Below the pieces are notes generated by a model. That model ran no database searches. It saw only the letters and a program-made list of their open reading frames with translations, and was not told where the DNA came from. Shown here piece after piece: positions 29,915 to 40,347 of a stretch of DNA of 64,000 nucleotides. The stretch's first letter is position 1, and each line of letters begins with the position of its first letter. The DNA comes from an uncultured Verrucomicrobiae bacterium (lineage in GTDB: Bacteria; Verrucomicrobiota; Verrucomicrobiia; Chthoniobacterales; Chthoniobacteraceae), in assembly GCA_963836755.1 (NCBI GenBank), contig CAWIKF010000002.1, forward strand, positions 768,001 through 832,000. Direction: 5' to 3'. A program made the translations under genes and the position numbers.

Positions 29915-32900
29915 TTAATCATCGTTTCGTCGCTCGGCTTTGCGTCTTTGCGCGGCGCGGTCCTGTTTTTCCGCATGCTCGTTGCGCTCCTCCTCCGCGG
30001 CATCGACTTCCTCCTCCGAATCCTCAGTGAAATCTTTTTTCCGCAAAATGCTGTAAACCACCGGCACGAAAAACAGCGTCGCAAATGTCGCGATCAAAAG
30101 CCCGCCGATCACCGCGCGACCGAGCGGCGCGTTCTGCTCGCCGCCTTCGCCCAGCCCGAGCGACATCGGCAACATCCCGATGATCATCGCCAGCGCCGTC
30201 ATCACGACCGGCCGCAGCCGCGTGTGACCCGCCGACAGCGCCGCGTCGAACGCATTTTTCCCGACGCAGCGCTCATCGTTTGCAAAAGTCACCAGCAGGA
30301 TCGAGTTCGAAGTCGCCACGCCGATCGCCATGATTGCGCCCATCAAGCTCGGCACATTCAGCGTCGTTCCCGTCAAAAACAGCATCCAGATGATCCCGCA
30401 CAACGCGCCCGGCAGCGCCATGATGATGATGAACGGATCGGTCCAACTTTGGAAATTCACGACCATTAAAAAATAGACCAGCACGATCGCGAAACAGATC
30501 CCGCCGGCGAGCCCGATGAACGATTTGTTCATGCTCTCGACCTGACCGCGCACCGAGACGGTCGTGCCGCGCGGCAACTTTGAGCGGACGTTATCGAGCA
30601 CTTTGTTGATCCCGCTCGAGACGCTGCCGAGGTCGGTTCCCTGCACGTTTGCGAGCACGTCATAAACCGGCTGGACGTTGTAATGATTCACGATCACCGG
30701 CGATTCGCGCCGCTCGATGGTCGACGAGATTTCCGAGCAATTCCGGCCGCGGCAGATTCGGCGACACGATCGGCGTGTTCAGCAAATCCTGCAGCGTGTC
30801 CATCTTGTATTGCGGCGTCTGCACGGCCACCTGGTAATTCACGCCGTTCTGAAAGTTCAGCCAAAAATTGGGCGCGTTCTGAAAGCTCGAGCTGAGCGAA
30901 ATCAGCACCGAGCCCGCCACATCGCGCTGCGTGAGCCCGAGCTGCTCGGCGCGCGTCCGGTCCACATTCACGCGCAGCTCGGGGCCATTCGTGAGTTGAT
31001 GCAAATGGACATCCGCCGCGCCGGGAATCTGTTTCACCTGTTGCTCGATCTCCTTTGCAACCTCGACATTTTTCGGGTCGCGTCCGCCGATCTGGATGTC
31101 GATCGGCGCGGGAATGCCGAAATTCAAAATCTGCGAGACGATGTCCGGCGCGGAGAAAAAGAACTCCATGTCCGGAAAATCGTGCCGCAATCTTTCGCGC
31201 AAAGTTTTCATGTAGCCCGCGACCGGGTGATGATTCTCCGGATCGAGCGCGACGAGGATTTCGCCATCCGCCGCGCTGAGAGTGGCGCTGTCGCCAAAGG
31301 CGAGATTGATGCCGCTGACTGGCAGGCCGATGTTGTCGAGCATCGTCTTGATCTCATTCGCCGGGATCAACTTTCGGATTTCCTGCCCGACCTGGTAAAA
31401 GCGCTCCTCGGTCGCCTCGACGCGCGTCCCGGCCGGTGCGGTCACGTGCAAGCGGATTTGGCCGGCATCGACCGCTGGGAAAAAGTCGCGCCCGAGGAAC
31501 GGGACGAGGCAGAGCGAGATGAGCAAAAAACCGCCCATGCAGAGGAAAATGAACACGCGATGATGCAGCGACCACTCGAGCCAGCCGGTGTAGCGGTCGC
31601 GCACCCGGTCGAAGCCGGCGTTGAAGCGGTCGTGGACGTGGCCGAACCAGGCGAAAATGCCGCGGCGACGCCGCGCGGGCTCTGCTTTTCTCTCCGCAAA
31701 GTCTGCTTTTGCGCCTGCGAAGGATGCTTTGGAGCCTGCAACGTCTGCTTTTGAGGCTGCAACGTCTGTTTTTGAGCGTGCAACGTCTGCTTTTGTGCCT
31801 GCAACCGCTGCTTTGGAGGCTGCGTAGTCTGGTTTTGAGGCTGCGTAGTCTGCTTTTGCGGCTGCAACGTCTGTTTTGGAACTTGCAACGTCTGCTTTGG
31901 AGCCGGCGTAATCTGCTTTGGAGCCTGCAAAGTCTGATTTTCCCTCTGCGCCGCCGCCTTCCACCTCCTCGGGATGCTCTTTCAGTAGATATTTCACCAT
32001 CGTCGGCACGACGGTCCGGCTCAGGAAATAGCTGGCCATCATCGCGAAGATGACCGCCATTGCCAGCGGCTGGAAAAGGAACTTTGCCGTGCCGCTTAGG
32101 AAAAAAATCGGCACAAACACGATGCAAATGCAAAGCGTCGAGACGAAGGCCGGCACGGCGATTTGCTCCGCGCCGTCGAGAATCGCGCGCACCATCGGTT
32201 TCCCCATCGCGAGGTTGCGGTGGATGTTTTCAATCTCGACCGTCGCGTCATCCACGAGGATGCCGACGGCGAGCGCGAGACCGCCGAGCGTCATGATATT
32301 CAGCGTCTGGCCGAGCGCGCCGAGGAGGATGATCGAGCACAAAATCGAGAGCGGGATCGAGGTGGCGACCACGAGCGTGCTGCGCCAACTGCCGAGGAAA
32401 AGCAGGATCATCAGCGCGGTCAGGCAGGCGGCGATGACGCCCTCGCGCAGCACGCCGTTGATGCTCGCGCGGACGAAGACCGATTGGTCGAAAAGTTGCG
32501 TGATGTCGAGCGTCGGGGGGAGCGTCGCTTTGACTTTCGGGAGCGCTTCCTTGATACGCTTGATGATGTCGATGCGTCGAGGCGTTGGCGCTTTTCAAAA
32601 CGGTCAACAGCGCGCTGCGGACGCCGTTTTGCGAGACGATGTTTGTCTGCACCGCAAAGCCGTCGCGGACATTGGCGACGTCGCGGATGTAAACCATCGC
32701 GCCGTTGACCTGCTTGATCGGGAGGTCGTTTAGTTTTTCGAGAACCTCCGGGCTGGAGTTGAGGCGGACGTTGTATTCGCGGTCGCCGATTTTTTCCGTG
32801 CCGGCGGGAAGGATGACGTTTTGCGCGTTGAGGGCGTTGCTGACATCGGTTGGGGAAATGTTTTTCGCCGTGAGCTTGTTCGGGTCGAGATCGACCATGA

Positions 32901-33456
32901 TCTGGCGCGATTTTCCGCCGTAAGGCAGCGGGATCTGCGCGCCCTGCACCGTGGCGAGCTGGGTGCGCACGAAGTTGAGGCCGAGGTCGTAGAGCTGCTG
33001 CTCGGAAAGCGATTTGCTCGAGAGGCCGAGCTGAATGATCGGCACGTTCGACGCGCTGTATTGGATGATGAGCGGCGGCTGTCGTGCCGGGCGGCATCGT
33101 GCGCAAAAGTGTCTGGCAAATGCTGGTGACCTGCGCGACGCCGGCCTCCACTTTCGCTCCTTCGTGGAAGAAAACTTTGATGACGCTGACGCCGTTATAC
33201 GACTGCGACTCGATGTGCTCGATGTCGTTGACCGTCGTGGTCATCGCGCGCTCGCAGACGGTGACGAAACGTTTTTCCATCTCCTCCGGCGCGACGCCCG
33301 AGTAGCTCCAGATCACGCTGACGACCGGGATGTCGATGGACGGGAAAAATGTCCGTCGCCATGCGCGAAGATCGTGACGATGCCCATGATGACGAGCAAA
33401 ATGGCCATCACCGTGAAGGTGTAAGGGCGTCGAAGAGCGAGGCGGACAATCCACAT
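29915..33456 (-). pseudogene. AcrB/HAE1-type RND efflux permease split by about 4 frameshifts
   Basis: MWIVRLALRRPYTF start at 33456; fragments with FPSIDIPVV, GILVDDATVEIENI, FPAVDAGQI and RLRPVVMT; frame changes near 33355, 33080, 32575 and 30715. Confidence 0.85.
31689..31940 (-). repeat. 12 x 21-bp degenerate tandem repeat encoding KADxA(A/G)S heptads inside the RND permease
   Basis: KSDFAGS KADYAGS KADVASS KTDVAAA KADYAAS KPDYAAS KAAVAGT KADVARS KTDVAAS KADVAGS KASFAGA KADFAER. Confidence 0.92.
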
Positions 33457-33689
33457 GGCGGGTCAGGTCAGAATTTTTACCGGCTGGATTGCAAAAGCGC
33501 GGCGGCCCCGAGAAATGAACGAATCATCAACGGAAAATCAATCGCACAATGTTGGCGTTCCGCTCGGGAAATTTTGCGAATCGCGCGGGGAAATGCTGCG
33601 CCGGATTTTCTTGCGCGGCGGATTCGTTTGCGCAAAGTTACGCCGCAGCCGCGCGGAAGTTTTTCGCAGTCCGCGCTCGCGCCGCGCAC

Positions 33690-33762
33690 GGGGTCTTAGC
33701 TCAGTTGGTAGAGCGCCTCAATGGCATTGAGGAGGTCAGGGGTTCGAACCCCCTAGGCTCCA
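33690..33762 (+). tRNA. tRNA-Ala(GGC), CCA not encoded
   Basis: GGGGTCTTAGCTCAGTTGGTAGAGCGCCTCAATGGCATTGAGGAGGTCAGGGGTTCGAACCCCCTAGGCTCCA; G3:U70 pair; anticodon GGC. Confidence 0.96.
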
Positions 33763-35244
33763 TTCCCTTTTTGTTATTTCTTTAGAGGAGGGCAGGTAAC
33801 AGAGATCGATGGAAATCTCGTCTTTCTCGATCACGATTTTGTTTGTGATGCACTCCACGATTCTTCGTTTTTCTTCCCGATCCAAATGGGGCCAACGGGC
33901 TTGCAAATCGTGGGCATCGTTCATCACCTGCTCGCTTGAAAACGTATTGATTTTGAGGAAATCGATTTCGGCTTGGAGCCGTGGCATTTCCTCTTCGAGT
34001 TGTTTTTGACGTTCCTCAAGCGGCTTGAAAAATTTGCCGAACGCCTCGCCGGTGATTTGATTTTTGAGATAGAGTTGATACGTCCGATCAATCTCTTGTC
34101 GGGTTTTCTCCGCCTCCTTTTTGCGCGATTCGAGGAGTCGTTGTTTGTCATCGAGCGTGTCGGCGGCGCGATTGAGGAATGCGTTGATCTCGCCCGGTGA
34201 AATCAAAAAGCCGTTCAATTGCTCGAAAAAAATCCGCTCCAAATCGTCGGTAGGGATTTTGGATCGGCAGGCGCTGCAAACGTATTTTGCACTATTCGTC
34301 GGCACATACATTTTTTCGCCGCATCCGCAAAAAACCAAACCGGCGAAAAGATGAGCCACGCGTTTTGCGGGCCGGTTCACCGGGCGCGAAGACGGTTCGA
34401 GAAGTTGATTGCACTGGTTCCATAGTTCTTCGGAAATGAGCGGTTTCACTTCCGTGAAAACCCATTCGGATTCCGGCTTGAATTCCCATGCAGTGCCATC
34501 GTTCGCACGCCGCGAGTAATTTGTCCGATGAAGCCCCTTGGCGGTCGTATCTTGGATAAGGCGGCCTATCGTCGTTCCACAAAACTTCGCTCCATTGCGC
34601 GTCCGGTAGCCAGCGCGATTGAGATGATTCGCAACGGCCTTTTTCCGACGCAATTCAAGAAAAAGCTCATACATCATTTTGCGGATCGCGCTTTCATCGG
34701 GATGGGGCATAAGTTTTTTGTCCTTCCACTGGTAGCCATAGGGAGCGGCACCGCCGAGCGGCTTACCGAGCTTTGCCCGGATCGGGACCGATGCGATGAC
34801 ACGTTCGGTGATTTCTTCGCGCTCCCATTGCGCCATTGCCGCAATCATCGTGTAAAACAGGCGACCGGCAGGCGTTGAAGTATCAATTGATTCCTGGAGC
34901 GATACCAAGTCGGCATCGCACGAGCGAAAAATGTCGGCGAAATCCAAAAGCTCTCTCGTATTGCGAGCAAGGCGGGCGAGCTTTGAGAATATGAGCGCGC
35001 TAATATGCCCGCCGCGAATGTCCGCAAGCATCCGCTGTGTTTCGGGATGCTGTGACACGAGTTTGCCGCTCACTCCCTCCAAATGGTAAACCTCTATGAC
35101 CGTCCAACCTTTTACCTCGGCGTAATAACGCGCGCGTCGCTCGTGGTGTTCAGGACTCTCCCCTCTCGCTTGGTCTTCCGTCGAAACCCGAATCCAAATT
35201 CCGACGGATTTTTGAATTTCACTACCATTGTGTGAGGTTTTCAT
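33736..35244 (-). CDS. large serine recombinase (integrase)
   Basis: WIRVST catalytic Ser, LARLARN, APYGY recombinase domain, CGCG...CSAC zinc ribbon and coiled coil. Confidence 0.95.
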   Translation of the reverse strand: MKTSHNGSEIQKSVGIWIRVSTEDQARGESPEHHERRARYYAEVKGWTVIEVYHLEGVSGKLVSQHPETQRMLADIRGGHISALIFSKLARLARNTRELLDFADIFRSCDADLVSLQESIDTSTPAGRLFYTMIAAMAQWEREEITERVIASVPIRAKLGKPLGGAAPYGYQWKDKKLMPHPDESAIRKMMYELFLELRRKKAVANHLNRAGYRTRNGAKFCGTTIGRLIQDTTAKGLHRTNYSRRANDGTAWEFKPESEWVFTEVKPLISEELWNQCNQLLEPSSRPVNRPAKRVAHLFAGLVFCGCGEKMYVPTNSAKYVCSACRSKIPTDDLERIFFEQLNGFLISPGEINAFLNRAADTLDDKQRLLESRKKEAEKTRQEIDRTYQLYLKNQITGEAFGKFFKPLEERQKQLEEEMPRLQAEIDFLKINTFSSEQVMNDAHDLQARWPHLDREEKRRIVECITNKIVIEKDEISIDLCYLPSSKEITKREWSLGGSNP

Positions 35245-35264
35245 TGCTTGCAGGATTTACTTTT

Positions 35265-35309
35265 ATGTGACACATCAAAAGACAGCACGCAAGCATTATT
35301 TGTGACACA
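35265..35309. promoter_or_regulatory. paired palindromic operator-like sites (TGTGACACA) between the integrase and the divergent small regulator
   Basis: ATGTGACACAT at 35265-35275 and TGTGACACA at 35301-35309. Confidence 0.45.
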
Positions 35310-35487
35310 GAAAAGAAAACCGGAACGAGGTCGCCCAAAACTGCCCAAAGCAGAATCGCGTTCCGTTTTTATTTCCACCCGACTTTCGCCGGAGGAATAT
35401 CAGGAAATTGCAAAAGCCATCCGCAAGAGCGGTAAGAAAAAGTCGGATTGGCTGCGTGAGGCGCTTTTCGAGAAAGCAAAAGATTAA
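35302..35487 (+). CDS. small ribbon-helix-helix-like DNA-binding protein
   Basis: Basic RGRPK tail, then VFISTRLSPEEYQEI...SGKKKSDWLREA (beta-helix-helix pattern as in MobC/CopG-like proteins). Confidence 0.65.
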   Translation: MTQKRKPERGRPKLPKAESRSVFISTRLSPEEYQEIAKAIRKSGKKKSDWLREALFEKAKD

Positions 35488-35594
35488 AGCAGTTCGAATT
35501 GCAGCGAGAATTATTTTGGTTTTTGCTGCTGACTGGAACAGCAAGAGCCAAGCTTTTTCGAAAGTCGTGAGCGCACAGCGAGCCTAAGACGAGG

Positions 35595-36353
35595 CTATCT
35601 CTTCTTACCCTTCGCCTTTGCTACTTTCTTGGGCTTATTAGCGGCTTCTTCGGCGTGTGCGATCGATGATCCCGCTTCAGGCAAAAGGAGTTTGTGAAAA
35701 TGCTCCAAATTTTTCTGTGTCACCCATTCGTGGATTTGGGCGTCTTTGAGAAAGTGTCCACCGTATAACGAGACGAAAACACTTAGACCGAAGGACACGA
35801 AGTCATTCGCCGACAAGACAAATGAGGGCTGGTCCTCCGGGATTGCGGCGAGGTCACTCTCCGGACCATTCAAGGCTATTCCATTCCGTCCAAAAGTCCG
35901 AATCGGCTGCGCATGGAAAAACGAGTGCCGTGCTTGATCATCAGAGAGCTTTTTGGCTGGCAGACCTTCAGGGGTTTCGAATCGGTAGCCGAGGTAACGA
36001 AGTCCCGAAGAAACACGAAAGCCGAGAGCCACTTGGATACTGATTTTCGGGACAGGAATCGTTTTGCACGTTAAGTCTGCGGAAAAGGTTATTACCGGTT
36101 GGAGTTTCACTCCCTTATGGATTGGATTTAGCAAGAGAAAGCGTTCTGTATCTGCCAAGTCAGTATGTTTGTTTTCCCCCGAGGGAATATATTTCCGGAA
36201 AGTCTGTTGCTCAATTCGTGGAAATCGTTCCGAAACCTCAGTTAGTAGAGATTTCTCCTCCCCCGAAAGATTGTCCACCAACGCTTTGTGCGTTTTTTCT
36301 ACCCCTTCCAACAAATTGCCAAACCCTGTCACTTCTTCCCAGTTTAAATTCAT
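35595..36353 (-). CDS. hypothetical protein, last gene of the kinase-receiver operon
   Basis: 252 aa, 6 bp downstream of the receiver gene; GYRFETPE...HSFFHAQ motif. Confidence 0.75.
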   Translation of the reverse strand: MNLNWEEVTGFGNLLEGVEKTHKALVDNLSGEEKSLLTEVSERFPRIEQQTFRKYIPSGENKHTDLADTERFLLLNPIHKGVKLQPVITFSADLTCKTIPVPKISIQVALGFRVSSGLRYLGYRFETPEGLPAKKLSDDQARHSFFHAQPIRTFGRNGIALNGPESDLAAIPEDQPSFVLSANDFVSFGLSVFVSLYGGHFLKDAQIHEWVTQKNLEHFHKLLLPEAGSSIAHAEEAANKPKKVAKAKGKKR

Positions 36354-36359
36354 CCGATT

Positions 36360-37601
36360 TTAAAGGGCGAGCTTCATCTCGGGTGAATAATCGACTCCGT
36401 CGAGTCTTTTGATGAACCGCCTTGCATAAGTTCCAGGGGTGTCCGCCGAGAATTCGTGACATTCTTTATTTAGCACGAACGCCGAAACATCTTCACAGAA
36501 TCGAGAATCTAATTCTGCTTTTTTCCATGGTTCTTTGACCTCGATGATCTCATTACGTGAACGAACTTCGTCCCAAAACCATGCGGGGCGTGACAACCAA
36601 TCCACGGCTTTGTAACGGCAGTCTTTGATGTGCCGTTCATCTATTGAGATGTCTGCTGGATGGCCGAGTTGGCAGGTTGAATTTAAATCCTTCCGGGTTG
36701 GTTTGGGCTTTCCCTTGAGGAGGCTCGGAAACCGGCCAATGAGATGTGGTGCGTCTACCAAGATCCCTTGACCGCCAAGAACCAAACGCTCCAGCCATTT
36801 TCCAACTCGCGCGGAGGCAATTCGCGGAGCGTATGGATTGTTTGTTCCCTTCTGATCCTTCACTTCGAGACCATGCTGTGACTTCATCAAAAAGTCGGCG
36901 AAGGTCACTTTCGCTACGTCCTCCACCTTCTTACTCCAAGGCGCCAACCATTGCAGGACTTCGATTGGCATGACGCTCGGCAGTTTGTGCGGTAACTCAA
37001 GGTGATCGAAAATAGATACTTCAAGACCAACCTTGGCGAGTTTTGTAATGCGCCGTTCGAAACAGTCGATTGCATCTGGCATGAGTGGCCAATGCCAAGG
37101 GCGATAGCCATTCCACTCGTTCATCCAGAGTCCACGATTAAGAAGTTCTTTGAATCCAAGGTTGAGGTCTGCAAAAGAGCGGGGATGCCCGCAGAGGGTC
37201 AGGTCAAATAAGGGTTGGCCGGCCACGTTAAATTGATTCAAGGCGATGATGAGACCGCATTCGCTAAAACAGCGAGCGAGATAGGCTACGCGTTCTCCGG
37301 TCGGCACTCCTCCTTTGGAATCGAGCAAGTTGGCAAGATCGTAGTCAACGACCAAGATATCGGCGGGGTCAAAAATCTGCGAACGATCCTTCGGTAGATG
37401 GGCATTCTCGCGAATCGCTCGTTGACGTCCCTCAAGAACTTGCAGATCGCAAATGAACTCCGACGGTAGACACGGTATGACTTCGAAGGCTTGCTTAACC
37501 GGAGGAAGCTTTTCAAGTTGCTCTTTCAGACGAGTGGTAAAGTTCCCTTCATCGTCGAGAATGAATATTTTTCTTTTTTTGGATGGTAGTTTCTTAGTCA
37601 T
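36360..37601 (-). CDS. receiver-domain protein with large unknown C-terminal domain
   Basis: KIFILDDE and ILVVDYDL receiver motifs; no HTH output domain recognisable. Confidence 0.75.
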   Translation of the reverse strand: MTKKLPSKKRKIFILDDEGNFTTRLKEQLEKLPPVKQAFEVIPCLPSEFICDLQVLEGRQRAIRENAHLPKDRSQIFDPADILVVDYDLANLLDSKGGVPTGERVAYLARCFSECGLIIALNQFNVAGQPLFDLTLCGHPRSFADLNLGFKELLNRGLWMNEWNGYRPWHWPLMPDAIDCFERRITKLAKVGLEVSIFDHLELPHKLPSVMPIEVLQWLAPWSKKVEDVAKVTFADFLMKSQHGLEVKDQKGTNNPYAPRIASARVGKWLERLVLGGQGILVDAPHLIGRFPSLLKGKPKPTRKDLNSTCQLGHPADISIDERHIKDCRYKAVDWLSRPAWFWDEVRSRNEIIEVKEPWKKAELDSRFCEDVSAFVLNKECHEFSADTPGTYARRFIKRLDGVDYSPEMKLAL

Positions 37602-37641
37602 TGGTGGCGCTCCATTGCATACAAATGCTGTCTTGAATTGA

Positions 37642-39855
37642 TTAAGCGACGCGATCTTCCGTGCTAGTCCAGCTCAAACGGAAAGCAGTTTTGAATCCCG
37701 GTTCAGGCTCGATGAAAGCGACCTTACAGCCGAGGTTGACAGCCAGCATTCGCACAATGGTCAGCCCCAACCCCATTCCGCCGTAGCCCATTTCTTCACG
37801 GTCGCGAGAGAGTTTTAGTTTGCGAACAAACGGCGTGAACAGCTCGTCGGCCGATTTAAGGTTTACGCCAATCCCTGTGTCCTGCACGAGGAGTGAAATG
37901 GTCTTGCCACTGATACGCGATGATACTTTGATCTCGCGCGTCGCACTTTCGAGCATCGCGTTGGCAGCGTTCAGAAACACGTTTTGGAGGATGGCGCTCC
38001 ACTCGGCAAATGCTCCGAACGGAAGACGCAATTCTGGATCTACCTCTTCAGAATCAACAGGAATTCCACGCAATAGCAGCGAGGTTTGACGCTTCACGGA
38101 TTCCACGACTACTCTGGCCCTCAGTGGAGCGCGTCTATCCCTGTTGTCTCGGTCGGAGACGTTCAGAAACAGGGCACGAAGGCTCCTAGCCATATCTAGC
38201 CATTCCGAGAGCCCGCCAACAATCTGGGCAAGCTTAGATTGAGCTTTGGGTTCTCGAACATCAAGTTCTCCAAGATCCTCCACGTGTGCTTCGAGCTGCC
38301 GAAACTGCTTATTGAGTTCGTGTTGGAATGCCAGCGCCGAGATGCCGGCGGTAGCAAGGGTGCCAAGCAGGTTAGATTGGCTTAGACGTTCTTCGGTTTC
38401 CTCGTCCACGGCCATAACGGCCTCGCGCACATTCTTCTGTAGTTCTCGGTAAGCTTTTGGTTCCAGTTGATCTTTGACTACCTCGATCAACTGTTCGACG
38501 CGCTCGAACTTTTCTCGCGCCGGTTCGGAGAACGCCGTGAGTTTCTTTTCCTCGAAAACACGAAGCTTTTCCCGAGTCGCATAGAATTCCACCGCCCAAC
38601 GGACGATCTTATAGACACTTTCGTAGGCCAAATTCTCGACAAGACGATCTCTGGTAATTTGTATTTGAAGATGCTCGTTCTCAACCGTGTGACCGCGCAG
38701 GTGAGCGCTCTCCCGTTCGAAACCTGTATCGAGATTCACCACGCCAAGCATTCGAGATTTTGTCGGAAGATATTCCATTCCTCCTGAAACCTGAAGTTCT
38801 TCAGGTAGCAAATCCGCCCGCGATAGGCGATGTGCGTGAGACATTTCCACGCCGAGCCAATCATGCGCATTGCCGTAGTAAGGAAGGCGAAACCCGGCGT
38901 CATAAATATGAACGCCGCCATACTCGTTTAAATACTCACGCGCATCGTCAACCGGTATACCCATTTTTTGTCGATGAACTAAATGATAGATACGAATCTC
39001 AAACGAGATCGATTCGATGGCACAATTTTTCTGTTCATACTTCTGTAAGACGGTTTGCCCGTCGTCCCACTCAATACTGATTTGAATTTCTGCAGTTCCA
39101 TCCGCTCGTTTTCTCTCCAATTGACCGACGATCTGTGCGTAGTGGAGCCGAGTGATCGCTCCCATGAGCGTTTCGAAGCGGGCTTGCGCCACAGAATCGC
39201 CAGTCTGGAAATCGACGTGAAAAGCTTTCTGGCGGTCAGTCTCAAGTCGTGGGTTGGGGCGAAAGGGTGGCTGAAGAACCCATATTTCCTTGGCGAGGGC
39301 AGCGACCTCATCCGCCGCCCAATGTTGCTTTAATCGGGCGAGGATGATGCGTGTCCCGTGTTTTGAGTTGCCAGGATAGAGGTTTCTTCTCGGGCGAGAA
39401 TCGCAATCGACTGTGGCTTGAGTCAGGTCGCCTGCGTTGTTCGCTTCATCCCAATTCACCTTTCCCACAAACTCGCGCTCGTCATCGGATTCTGCGACCG
39501 TATGGATGTCTAAATCGTGAGCAAGAAATTGTCCGGCAAGCCGTCCAACACCTTTCGATCCCGTCAACGGTCGCCTCAGATTCCGTGATACGGATTGACG
39601 AATCTTATGCGGCGACCCGATACGCATCCAAAAATCGTCAAACTCTTTTCCTGTCATTCCGTGCCCATTATCCGCCACTTCAACAAGATCTTCGTCGATC
39701 TTAATTGTAACATTTGTCGCGTCGGCGTCGTAAGCGTTTTTTACGAGTTCTGCGAGGGCAATGTGAGGTTTCCCAACAAGGCGTTCGCCGAGTTCTCGAA
39801 GAAGAGCGGAATCAACTTTGAACTTTAATTGCTGCACCAATACTGAAATTGCCAA
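37642..39855 (-). CDS. GHKL (MORC/MutL-like) ATPase fused to a histidine kinase
   Basis: N-terminal ELVKNAYDA, DNGHGM, GSKGVGR and GTRI; C-terminal FQHEL H-box, NVFLNA, DTGIG and GMGLGL; no TM segments. Confidence 0.9.
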   Translation of the reverse strand: MAISVLVQQLKFKVDSALLRELGERLVGKPHIALAELVKNAYDADATNVTIKIDEDLVEVADNGHGMTGKEFDDFWMRIGSPHKIRQSVSRNLRRPLTGSKGVGRLAGQFLAHDLDIHTVAESDDEREFVGKVNWDEANNAGDLTQATVDCDSRPRRNLYPGNSKHGTRIILARLKQHWAADEVAALAKEIWVLQPPFRPNPRLETDRQKAFHVDFQTGDSVAQARFETLMGAITRLHYAQIVGQLERKRADGTAEIQISIEWDDGQTVLQKYEQKNCAIESISFEIRIYHLVHRQKMGIPVDDAREYLNEYGGVHIYDAGFRLPYYGNAHDWLGVEMSHAHRLSRADLLPEELQVSGGMEYLPTKSRMLGVVNLDTGFERESAHLRGHTVENEHLQIQITRDRLVENLAYESVYKIVRWAVEFYATREKLRVFEEKKLTAFSEPAREKFERVEQLIEVVKDQLEPKAYRELQKNVREAVMAVDEETEERLSQSNLLGTLATAGISALAFQHELNKQFRQLEAHVEDLGELDVREPKAQSKLAQIVGGLSEWLDMARSLRALFLNVSDRDNRDRRAPLRARVVVESVKRQTSLLLRGIPVDSEEVDPELRLPFGAFAEWSAILQNVFLNAANAMLESATREIKVSSRISGKTISLLVQDTGIGVNLKSADELFTPFVRKLKLSRDREEMGYGGMGLGLTIVRMLAVNLGCKVAFIEPEPGFKTAFRLSWTSTEDRVA

Positions 39856-39885
39856 TCATTAATCGATTCGTCGAACTTTTATCTC

Positions 39886-40347
39886 ATGTCTCATAACCAA
39901 TCCGCTCGGCCAGTTGCATCGTCGCCCGAAGTTCGACGCAGGATGCAACGGGTGCGCCAGCGAGATACAGATATTGAACTGGCACTTCGCTCGACGCTGC
40001 ATCGCATGGGTTTACGCTTCCGTGTTCAACGCCAATTGTTACCGGCTTTTCGTCGAAAGGCCGACATAGTCTTCGTGAAAGCACGTGTTGTTGTCTTTGT
40101 GGATGGCTGTTTCTGGCATGGTTGCCCTCGACACGGAACACAGCCCAAGATCAATAGGATTTGGTGGTGCAAAAAAATCGCTGCGAATGTGCAACGTGAT
40201 CGCGACACGGACAAGAAACTCAAGGCTGCCAAGTGGTGTGTTATCCGCGTTTGGGAACACGAATCGACTGGCGCCGCCGCTCAACGGGTGCTCGTTGCTG
40301 TTAGCAACCGCAGCGAGCAGATGTCTTCAAGGAACTCATCCTTGTGA
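39886..40347 (+). CDS. vsr: very short patch repair endonuclease
   Basis: RMQRVRQRDT, ADIVF, FVDGCFWHGCPRH, WCKKIAANVQRD and RVWEHE motifs. Confidence 0.95.
   Translation: MSHNQSARPVASSPEVRRRMQRVRQRDTDIELALRSTLHRMGLRFRVQRQLLPAFRRKADIVFVKARVVVFVDGCFWHGCPRHGTQPKINRIWWCKKIAANVQRDRDTDKKLKAAKWCVIRVWEHESTGAAAQRVLVAVSNRSEQMSSRNSSL

Noticed and set aside
31689..31940. Possible CRISPR array
   Set aside because: Contiguous degenerate 21-bp units without unique spacers, in frame within a gene, and no cas genes
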